A stretch of 64,000 bases of DNA from positions 48,915 to 112,914 of the forward strand of contig VRVR01000027.1 of NCBI GenBank assembly GCA_009859145.1, read 5' to 3'. The notes beneath the pieces were generated by a model. It saw only the letters and a list, made by a program, of their open reading frames with translations. It had not been told where the DNA came from and searched no databases. The DNA comes from Andalucia godoyi And28. Taxonomy: Eukaryota; Protista; Jakobida. The translations under genes and the position numbers were made by a program. Below are positions 32,620-42,311 of the stretch, piece after piece (within the stretch, counting starts at the first letter, position 1; every line of letters starts with the position of its first letter).

Positions 32620-32965
32620 AGAGCGGTTCAAGTGGAACCTGTGGCAGAACGGTTGACTTTCGAGATCAACTGCCATGAATTCGTCTCCGTTCCCTTCTTT
32701 CGCTGCCCTTTTTGTAGGTTGGAGATCGATCGAGATTCGAATGGTGCGAGGGATATGCACTTGAAGAACACGATGCAAGAATATCGTGTGTTGGGACATG
32801 TCTCCTTGACAATGGGATCCAAAATACCTGTAGCAGCATTGCAATAACACTGATTTGCTGCCGGACGATCACAAAGATCCGGAAGTCGGAGTCGGATCGG
32901 AACTCCGACGATCAATCATCAGAAAAGCGGCTTCGGTCGGTTTCGGTTGTTCCAATCCGCAACCA
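32620..32965 (+). mobile_element. Fanzor/TnpB (IS200/IS605/IS607-type) C-terminal remnant with downstream hairpins (omegaRNA-like)
   Basis: FFRCPFCRLEIDRDSNGARDMHLKN (32695-32769) matches the zinc-ribbon CxxC + RuvC-III DRDxN(A/G)AxNI signature. Stems at 32833-32861, 32861-32882, 32885-32909 and 32945-32964. Confidence 0.68.
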
Positions 32966-33009
32966 TTAACTTTTCCTCTTCTTTTTTGAAGAACGACATC
33001 TCATAAAGA

Positions 33010-33501
33010 ATGCAGATGGACAAGTGTGATTGCGGCTCGATGCCTATGCATTTTGCTTCATCCGAAGAGGTCACAATACTGTTTCAGTCGTGGAAGACGG
33101 AATCCCGAGCAACTTATGTCATGTCTTGGTTCGTCGTTTTTGCTGCGGTTGTGTGCACCGAGCTGATGAAGCAAAAGCTACGAAAGTGGGAAGCTTCCGT
33201 CTCTGACAAGGATCAGCTTGTTCCACTTACCGTTAATAGCCCCCTGTCTCAGCAACCACTGTTGTTGGATGAAAAGCCTGCGGATCAGATCAGACAATTA
33301 GAACCGTGGAAAACGCTGGTCACGAAATCGTTGTTGTCTGCTTTCTACACTCTAATTGCTGCTTTTCATCTGCTGATCATGCTGGTTTGCATGACGTACA
33401 ATGTTGGTTTGTTTTTCTCAGTAATTGCCGGAACGTTGGCAGGCGATCTCTTTTCGCGATTGCAGAGGAGTGCTGCCACTCACCAAGCTGCATGCCATTG
33501 A
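33010..33501 (+). CDS. CTR: CTR/COPT-family copper uptake transporter
   Basis: N-terminal Met motifs (MQM, MPMHF), TILFQSWK, TM2 MLVCMTYN (MxxxM), TM3 GTLAG (GxxxG). Confidence 0.93.
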   Translation: MQMDKCDCGSMPMHFASSEEVTILFQSWKTESRATYVMSWFVVFAAVVCTELMKQKLRKWEASVSDKDQLVPLTVNSPLSQQPLLLDEKPADQIRQLEPWKTLVTKSLLSAFYTLIAAFHLLIMLVCMTYNVGLFFSVIAGTLAGDLFSRLQRSAATHQAACH

Positions 33502-33739
33502 GAGCGGACATTCTCACAGGCGTGAAGATGACAAGCTTCAGGTTACGTGCGATTTCATTGTTGCTCCTCAGTGAGTGCATTCTTCCTTTTTCCATTCCTC
33601 GTGGATTTGTCATGTAGTTTTCGATTGCTGCAGGAGGTTTTCAGCTCGTTTTTAAGAAGGAAGAAGAAGTGTTGCTGCATCAAGAGCATGCAAATAGTAC
33701 AAAAGTGAGAAATTTTCCGAAATCGCGTGTGTAACAGTT

Positions 33740-34070
33740 TTCAAACATTTCAAACAAATTGGAGAAAGCAGAAATTTTGATGAGGCTTGCATGTGTTTCT
33801 TCACCATTCTGAGAAGGAGACACGACACTGTAGGAAAAGTCATCTGTTTTCCAGTCCGCTGTGAACAAATATAGACCATTGGGTCACCCATTAGATATGA
33901 AAGTGATTTCAGCCTGCGTATCGTAAACACAAGAACAGAGAAACTTTTAACCGTGAAAACATTGAAAATACCCACATCTTGTTGCCCAACTTGAGAATTG
34001 GACGGAACAATTGCACGGAAATGAGGAGACGGTGGAGAAGAACCTTCCGCTGAAGTTTGAACGGGCCAGG
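33740..34070 (-). pseudogene. Inverted decayed copy of the 5' part of the 22621-23319 gene
   Basis: ADWKTDDFSYSVVSPSQNGEETHASLIKISAFS vs ADWETDDVFHVFVSPSQNVKAAHVYLIKISAVS; nucleotide similarity extends upstream (caagatgtgggtattt vs caagatatgggtattt). Confidence 0.75.
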
Positions 34071-34822
34071 AGCATGCCAAAAATATCGGCTGAGAAAACG
34101 CCTCGAATCGATCCACTTTTACAGCGACTTATCTTCAACAAACGAAAAGGGAGGATGTAATTAATTCATGTTCTAGCTTTTCAAGTACTTCCGTATGTCT
34201 TTGCAGGAACATCCATTCGCAAATCTAGACAGTTTATGCTATGAAAAAGAGTGTCGAGAGAATTATAAAGCACAGCCAAACGCAAACCAACTTATCTAGA
34301 CCGAAAGTGTTTTGTTGTGAGCACCATCGTTGATGAAGCCATTCGCCATGCAGGGACAGAATTGAAAGAAACAGTCCTCGATGCCACAACAACTCACAAA
34401 ATGTCGTCACGTAGTGAACAAGGGGAAAACAAAATCGACAACATGCAGTTCCAGGGAGGACAGCTCGTTTCGCGAAGTCAAGATACCCAAGCTGCTTCGT
34501 TCTCCGAAACCTCTACCATGGAACGTCAAACAAAGACCAGGAGTGGCAAGTACAGCAAAAAAAAAAGTTTCGCGAGAAAAAAAAATCCAGAAGAGTTCGA
34601 ATCAAACCTGTGAATCGAACTCGTGGAGGATGGTTGCGTCGTGGCGTCGTTGCGTCGGGAAATTTCACGCCACGGATGTCACAATGTCTTTGCTTCCACT
34701 TTATATCTTTTATTAGACAATCTTTCGCAGAGGATAGTCTCACACAAGGAATTTTCCGTGTTTTTCCTCCTTATGAACTTTTTGTCGAACGCACATCACT
34801 TTGAAAAGCAACTGTCCCTCAA

Positions 34823-35089
34823 ATGACTGGATGTGGATTGTGGTGCATCTTCATGATAGCCTTCGGAATTTGTGTGTCTCTCGTTTTGATTTTTGTTGTA
34901 ATCGTAATGTTCAGGAAAGCAGCTGGAACGCGTACTCGGCAAACATTGACGAGGGTGGTTCGCACCCAAAATCCAAATGTGTCTGACGTCCAAAATGATC
35001 ATCCGGTTCCCTCTGCTCCGTTCGAGGTGTATGTCGCCGAACCTATGGCAAGCCATCCTGGTCCCAGCTCGAAAATCCGTGAAGTCTAG
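34823..35089 (+). CDS. Small single-pass membrane protein
   Basis: CGLWCIFMIAFGICVSLVLIFVVIVMF then RK; resembles 55935-56132. Confidence 0.5.
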   Translation: MTGCGLWCIFMIAFGICVSLVLIFVVIVMFRKAAGTRTRQTLTRVVRTQNPNVSDVQNDHPVPSAPFEVYVAEPMASHPGPSSKIREV

Positions 35090-35226
35090 CGTGCAAAGAA
35101 TTCACAATTCCAGTCTGCTAGGCAAGTGAACAATCACGATTCCATAGGAGAGTCTGCGGAATACAGCCAGTAACAATAAACCATTTACCTACCGGATGAA
35201 TATCTCATGAACAGCGTTTGCGGTCA

Positions 35227-36471
35227 TTAAGCAGCAGGACGCACGTTCTGTTGGACAGCAAAGTTCGCACACGATGAGAAAGTACCAATGATACTGAAAG
35301 AGAACAACATAACAGCAATCTGGTTCCAAGAACCTGACTGAACAATGTCGCGAACAGCGGTATCGAAAAGCAGAGCTCCGCCAAAATTGAAAATTGAAAT
35401 CGCTCCAACGATAGTGGAACATCCGTCTCTGCCCCCCAAATGCATGGCAAACCAAGGAACAATCAGCGAAGGGACTATGACGGATGAAGCTCCCGTGAGC
35501 CCAAACAGAATCAGTTGGAGATAAAAATCGAACTGCAATTGATCTTCGGAGGCCAACCACAAAAGAAGCGTCCAAAGGACAGAAAAACAGCTTGTGGTTA
35601 GAAACATAACTGCCGATAACCGTCGATTGGACACGCGGTCTTGGACAAGTCCTCCAAGCAAAGCAGCTATTACCATACCCCCAGGAAATACCGATGACCA
35701 CAACCCAGCAGCAGACGACGACGACCCAAAATTGTCCATCAAGTACAAAGGAAAAAAGTACTGGAATTCTAAAATCAAAGAAAAGGAAACGCTCGCGACA
35801 ACAAGCAGCCAAAATGACGGCATAACAAAAAGTGGAATTAGAATGGAGTGGATCATCGATTTCCTTTGAAACTGCCCAACAGGCTCAGATCGATCTGCAT
35901 GACCACTGGGAGGTGGCTGCTCTCGAAGGAGAGCAATGACAAGCAAGAATCCGAAACCGACAACCGCCATGCCAATCAACAGCACCTCAGACCACGAAAG
36001 TGAACTCAGCAAACCACCAGACACAAGAGAGCCGGCAACTCCACCCAGTCGAACACTGGCAGAAATCGTTCCTACAGCCTTTCCCTCTGACTTCGACAAT
36101 GCCCACTTTCGAGCAACAATGATAGCGCCAGGAAATGCAAGAGACGCAGCTACACAATGAAGCGCATACATTGTAGCAAACAACGGAAGTGTTCTTGACA
36201 GAGAAAAGATCATCACTGCGATAGCAGAGCCTCCCGTCGCAACGCAAACCAGTATGCGTCCACCAACTCGATCGCCAATGGATAGAGCAATTAGAGATCC
36301 GAAAATGTTGCCTGCATTTCCAGATGCATTCACAATGCTCGCTGCCCGTTTGTCAAAGCCAAGCGAAGCATCAGCAGTCATTGCTGGGAATACGATAATA
36401 ACGGCACTTTGGGCCGCAGACGCAGCAAACCCCGCGAAAGCGAGAAGGGCAATCGTCCATACATACTTCAT
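35227..36471 (-). CDS. Major facilitator superfamily transporter
   Basis: 414 aa, about 12 TM helices, MFS motif A-like IGDRVGGR and GLVQDRVSNR. Confidence 0.87.
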   Translation of the reverse strand: MKYVWTIALLAFAGFAASAAQSAVIIVFPAMTADASLGFDKRAASIVNASGNAGNIFGSLIALSIGDRVGGRILVCVATGGSAIAVMIFSLSRTLPLFATMYALHCVAASLAFPGAIIVARKWALSKSEGKAVGTISASVRLGGVAGSLVSGGLLSSLSWSEVLLIGMAVVGFGFLLVIALLREQPPPSGHADRSEPVGQFQRKSMIHSILIPLFVMPSFWLLVVASVSFSLILEFQYFFPLYLMDNFGSSSSAAGLWSSVFPGGMVIAALLGGLVQDRVSNRRLSAVMFLTTSCFSVLWTLLLWLASEDQLQFDFYLQLILFGLTGASSVIVPSLIVPWFAMHLGGRDGCSTIVGAISIFNFGGALLFDTAVRDIVQSGSWNQIAVMLFSFSIIGTFSSCANFAVQQNVRPAA

Positions 36472-36649
36472 GATGTCTCAACGAAAATATAAGATGAGGA
36501 CAACAAGATTTGCCATGAATGCCACATCAAATATGTGCTCTTTTATTCTTCGAGTAGGGAAGTCTCGTAAACTGGAAGCGAAATGAACTGAAAGGCAACG
36601 TTGATCTGAAGTTCTGAAACAAGCCCGTGGGACACCGTGGGTTCTCACT

Positions 36650-39218
36650 TGAAGCTCCACCGTTCTTGCTCGTCTACGTTCGCCCGGAATGCGTTTTGGT
36701 TGTTATTGCACCATGTATTGCACGAAATCTCTTCTTATTATAATTCGTGGACGAGCTATCGACAAACCTGCTGCCTTTTCCGCTGGGTGACAACTCCGAC
36801 ACGGTCTGTTTTCAAGCTCACAATGTGAAAATTTAGGACTATCCAAATGAGCGCCGAAATATTTACCTGTTGCCAAATGCAATCGTTCAGCATCTCCATG
36901 CATGATGTGGTCCTTGAGAATGCCCAATCGTTGCGCCAGCATTCTAGCGATACCATTTCTCGACAGCAGTCTCGTACAAAAAGCATTGTCGTTGAGAGGA
37001 TTTGTTCAAGATCCAACCCAGCTGCCTTTCCCATAAATGGAAACGATCACATTACCTGGCCAATCCCGTTAGTCTTCCAGAACGTTGTCTCCGGAAACCA
37101 TAAAAACGTGCAAACCCATGTTTTTCAGAGTAGTGATTGTGCGTGCGCAAACTTCCCCAGTGGTAAAACGGATAGGTTTGCACCGGGTTTCCCGTGAGTG
37201 AGAGCACCTGTCGTATCAAAGCACATGATTCTGGATCAAGAGGCCAGTCCTAGATCTTTGCCACTGTTGATCAAGATGCCCAACGTCGCACCAACGCTGC
37301 AGCCAATAAGAACTGCAGTAGAAACAACCGAAGAGAAGACGGATGGATGGAGAGGTGAAGCAAGCACGGCATCTGACAATGTGACGCCCAGCCAGATAAA
37401 ATACCCAACAATCGCATGCGCGATAATTACTGGAACGAAAATGCCGGATATTCTGCTCGCGAGCCTCTGCGACGGAACCTTCGACGACGGCACATTCTCC
37501 ATGAGCCTCAAGATTTGTGAGAGAGTCGCATCATCACCGAGTCTCGACGCTCTGATGAACAGCATTCCTTCATGCACTACAGTACCACCCATAGCAGATA
37601 GGTTTGTGCGATTTTGAACTGGCATGGATTCTCGCGTTAGCACAGCTTCATCACAAGGAATTTTTCCGGCTATCTTCACTAGCGGAATGTCCCCTTCTTC
37701 AATTAATGAGGCAACAATCCGTTCATTGTCAATTGAGCGATCAATTCCTGTGACAGGAATGGCATTGGAAGGCTTCAAATCTAGAAGTTTGGTCATTGCT
37801 TCAGATGACTTGCTTTTGGCAACATTCTCCAGATATTTTCCCAACAGCATGAATGCGATCAGAGAAGCAGCCGCTTCAAAGAAAAAGTCACCTTGAAAGG
37901 AAGCATCTGCAGCCATGTAGGCCAAGCTGAAAACAGAATATATGTATGCCGCAAAAGTCCCAATAGAAATAAGAACGTCCATTGTGGTTGATCCTCCACG
38001 CAGGGCGATCAGCGCCTGCTTATGAAAAACAGTACCGCTGACAAATTGCACATACGAACTGAGAACAAATTGAACAAATCCCAACGACATCCACAAATAC
38101 CGATTCATGTGAATGGAAGGGACCCACACAAGCCCCATTGCAATGATCACGACCGGAATCGTGAATATCAACGAGGAAAGAAATCGTTTTCTCCACGATC
38201 TTATCTCCCGAGTTCGCAGTACCGATTCACGAATTCTTTCAGTCACCTGATATGCTGAAAAATTCGGAGAATGAGTAGCATTTAGAAGTATTCTTGGACC
38301 GGGCACCGGGGATCCGAGCTCTTTGGTCTCGGATGATGCAACCACGTGACATTTCTTTTCAACAGCACTTTTGTGTGCAGGAACATACTGGCCACAACCA
38401 CTCGAACTCAACGCATCTACTTTGACGACGTGTAACGGATTCGCCATAAAACAGGCCACTTTCACACTGTCAACACGTCGATGGCACGATACGCCTGATA
38501 CTTCGTAGCCGTATACGATAGGAGGTGCATTTTTGGTTTGAGTCTTCTGAATGACACTATCGGAGACAAAGAACGCCTCAAATCTACATTCAGTTATCGC
38601 GCCTGCAATAGTGTCATTGTTGGATAGTAAGAAATCATGAGACACTGTGACTTCGTCCAACAACACCGCCACATCTACTTGCGTAACACCAGGAAGAACC
38701 TTCACATCTCGAGAAATTGCTGCCGCGCAAGACGCACGTCTCATTCTTTTCACAGCAAACGTTAACCCATTCGAACAAGCTGTTGAAACTGCAGGTTGTT
38801 CATCGTGAGTAAAGGGTCTCTTGACAGAAACAACATCCGTTGCAACATTGACCGTGAAATTCAATCCGCTGACATCGATCTTGATGCCAAGTGCAGATAC
38901 CCAGGCAACTACAATCAACAAATTCCAATCGACTTCCTGCAAGAGATAAAGTTTGAGAGCCAGCCATTTTGCATCTTTCGCATCAGGATCAGAGCTCAAA
39001 TTCGGAACAGAAGCATTCACATGCCTTTGGGTCGGGTCGATAGTAACCTCGAGAACTCCGGAAATTCGAGAATCAGCTTGCAGGATGTTTTGCTTATCAC
39101 GCCCAGCCCAACTTGCGTCACCCACAATGATCAAGTGCTCGTCAATCATGTGAAGTAGAATTGCAGAGCAAATGGACAAGAAGCAAAAAACGGTAAAAAG
39201 AGAAGAATCAAGAGTCAT
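36650..39218 (-). pseudogene. Decayed paralog 2 of the P1B Cu-ATPase
   Basis: 660-aa ORF 37236..39218 is collinear with the intact gene (RMRRASC for GMTCASC, TRES for TGES, CPC segment deleted). An in-frame TGA precedes IMCFDTTGALTHGKP (for DKTGTLT), and disrupted remnants continue to DFVQYMVQ near 36700. Confidence 0.9.
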
Positions 39219-41274
39219 TTCAATCGGACGTCGGAATTCCGATCCGTCTTCGGAAAAGTACTCCGATTCGTTTCTTCATCAGCGAGTTCACGGTTTTTAC
39301 GTTCGACTCAGAATCAATTGGCAGTTCGTACAAAAAGGAACTAGCGGAATTTCAGTACTGCGATGCTCCACTGCATTGGTTGTTGTCTCGGACTGTCAAC
39401 TATATTGTTTCGATTCGACAGCAGTATGTTATTGATGAATGTGTTTCCTCGCTGAGAGGTTGAGAACACAAACCGCCGGGGTTGATTGCGAACTCGGTCT
39501 CTAAGGTCAAGGATCCGTGAATTGCGCTTACGCATGAAGGCAGCTGGATTAGACAATGGAGGCTAAACTGTGTCGAGTCTATGACGGTCCGATACCTTGA
39601 AAAATTTCCTCTCCCTCCTCCTTTTCCAGCTCCCTCGATCGACAACTTCACTCTGTTTAATAATGTTCTCGGCCGTTGCGCCGTCAGATATGCCGTGGTT
39701 GCACAACAACCGTGTTGTTGCTTCGACATCTGAGCTGTTGTGAACCTGTGGTATTATCGACTTGCCGTTTCTCTTTTTCAGCTAGCATGGCGAAGCTGCT
39801 TTTCCTGATCTCGCATCAGGACCCGAAATTCCGTGCGGCTTTGCGTCTGGTTCAACTTCTCTGTATATTCTCCTATTCATAGCAATCTTTGCTGCCTAAT
39901 CATGTTGGGTCTATTGTTTGTTCTTTGGAATAACCATGCAATCATACAGCAGTGAGGCTCTGTTTAAAGGGTAGCTGCCTTGGGTGGTTGTTTTTCATTG
40001 GTAGAGTACCATGAAAACAGGTCGAAGGACAAATCATCTGATTCGTGATCTAATTATTGGATCTCATGCTGTCAAAGGCGACGCACGTCAACACGGACCC
40101 AGAGCGCGTTGCGGAGAAAAGAATATCTTCCTGACGAAGGCAGGTGGCAAACGGTACGAAAAGGTGATGCTGAGCATTGGTTTGCGCTGATTGGAGAAAT
40201 CAACGATGACAGGCGAATCTGTATGTTTGAGAGAAAGCACAAAAATACGCCCACCACCGGTGGATCGCTCATTCTCTATGGTAACTCGTTCATTAAAGCT
40301 GCGGGACTTGGGGAGGATTGTACTATCTCGCAGACATTAAAGGTCATAGAGGCTGCTCACTATTGCTCAGAATCTTCTCGGAGACTCGAGAATCGAATTT
40401 CTGCTGTTACTGTCGGTGCATCATGGATCTTTCAGTCAACGTACTCGCAATCTCTCTGGTCATTGTGCTGTCTGGAGATGACGACGGCAACTTTGCACAC
40501 TTCTGTGTTCTCCTTCGTCGTTGCCATGGCGTCTCTCGTTTGTGTTGTGCCTTTTTGCACCGGGAATACCATTTCCTTCTGCAGTGTCAGTCCGCCGTGT
40601 GGAAGGTGCCTCCTGAGTTGTGCTGATCAAAAGTGTGGGATATCCGAAATTCGCTTCTGGTGTGTTCACAAAATGAGAACCGTGGGTGTTGAAATTCCCA
40701 TTCTGTAATTCCTGTTCCTCAGGTTCATTGTTTTCGTCGGAAAACGATGCATTTGAGCATGTCCCTATTCTTGCATCGTTGGAGAGTGCATGTTTGATGC
40801 TGGAAATGATTTGACGAATGTCGCTGAAACGGAACAGCTTGAAAGTTCGTCTAGCTCTCCACATTCTCTAGAGAGCACTGCCAGAAATTGAGATCAAACG
40901 TCGAGACAGGATTGCAGGGCACATCATATGGTTCATCTAATTGGGCCAGGGGCATCGATGAGCTTTCTTCGGTTTTCTGTTATCTTTGTTAGTACTCCCT
41001 TTGGAGCCTAGAGTGCCGCCAGAGTGACTAAATGTTCGATATTTATCAACTAAACGAGCTGACAGTTGAGGAAATTGCATTTGAATGAGCCAATGATTCG
41101 TCTAGTTGAGATACAAGGCATTTCGTTTCCAATCGGAAGCAACAATTGCTGATCTTCGAAAAACGCATCACGAAAAAGCAAGAAAACCGTTGTCATCTTT
41201 CCAAAATTGATTTAACATTGGTTTTGAAATGGTAGAAGAACTGAGCTGGTGGAATGCTACATTCCGTTTACACA

Positions 41275-42096
41275 TCATTCCTGAGACAGATAGTCAAAGT
41301 TCTGCTTCTCGCATCTGTGAAATGAGAACATTGCGTTGTGTGGACAGATCTCAGTAATGATGAACCCACTTTTCCGAATCAGTGTCTCATGATCCCGGAT
41401 AAGGCTGATACCAGCCAACGGGTACAAAATACAAGTGCCCATTACAGAGAGGACGAATAAGACTCGATCCTTCCAGTTTGCCAACTTCTTACGACCATGC
41501 TCTACGAAATACGCCCGTCCACCAGTTCGCAAAACACGACGACACTCTTTGAGTGCTTCTAATGGGTGCCGGATCGAACACATCATGTCCACAGAAATGA
41601 TCGAGTCAAAGGTCTCGTCCGGGAATGGAAGATGTTCTGCGTCGGCCACAAGAAAATTTAATTTCAAGTCTGTTCTGTGAAGGTTCTTCGCCTTGATTTC
41701 AGCCAAATGCAGCATTCTTTCCGAAATATCAGTGAGAGTAACGACGGCACCTGCAGGGTAGAACTGGGTGTTGCTTCCCGTTCCTATCCCGATATCAAGA
41801 ACTTTCCCTTTCACAAGGGGTACATGGGCCTGACGGAGAGGCTGCATGTATGTTTTCTCCCAAGAAGCAAGCAACCCATCATACACGGGAGCCGCAAAAT
41901 CCCAAAACAACCTCGCAATGACAAATTTACCTGTTCCTAATTGTTCAACACGAAAAGAAGCAAATTCCTGTGACTGTGACGTCCCATTTTTTTTTTGAAT
42001 TTTTTGTGAAGCTTTGCATCTCTGTTCTACTTGAACTGGGTTTCGAGGTCTTCTGGGATGCAATTTCGAGAGGGTAGGGCTTGAGAAGAAGTTCAA
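41275..42096 (-). CDS. Class I SAM-dependent methyltransferase (Methyltransf_11; UbiE/METTL7-like); start uncertain
   Basis: VLDIGIGTG, TLTDISERML, VADAEHLPFPDETFDSII, CRRVLRTGG, FVEHG. No in-frame ATG before YMQPL, so an intron or frameshift may affect the 5' end. Confidence 0.87.
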   Translation of the reverse strand: MNFFSSPTLSKLHPRRPRNPVQVEQRCKASQKIQKKNGTSQSQEFASFRVEQLGTGKFVIARLFWDFAAPVYDGLLASWEKTYMQPLRQAHVPLVKGKVLDIGIGTGSNTQFYPAGAVVTLTDISERMLHLAEIKAKNLHRTDLKLNFLVADAEHLPFPDETFDSIISVDMMCSIRHPLEALKECRRVLRTGGRAYFVEHGRKKLANWKDRVLFVLSVMGTCILYPLAGISLIRDHETLIRKSGFIITEICPHNAMFSFHRCEKQNFDYLSQE

Positions 42097-42311
42097 GAAA
42101 TCATTTCACGATCAATCTGCCATGCACCTGGATCTGCAAACGTCATGTTCGGAATACGTTATCGGGATTTGGATCGGAATTCCGCTCAATCTCCGACAGC
42201 GGCGATTCACCAATATTTAAAGTTAAAAAATTGTTCTTCCAGGATCGTCCTCTTTTCCAATCCCTTCTAGAATTTTTTCCCACCTGTTTTATTGTTGGTT
42301 TGTACCCCATT

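Noticed and set aside
32500-33010. Copper-response elements (GTAC or TTTGCTC-like) in the Csp/CTR intergenic region
   Set aside because: Only an isolated GTAC (about 32524); no enrichment can be shown by eye.
39300-41200. ORFs 40109..40708 and neighbours between decayed ATPase copy 2 and the methyltransferase
   Set aside because: No recognisable motifs, non-ATG starts and no consistent reading frame; cannot be supported as genes.
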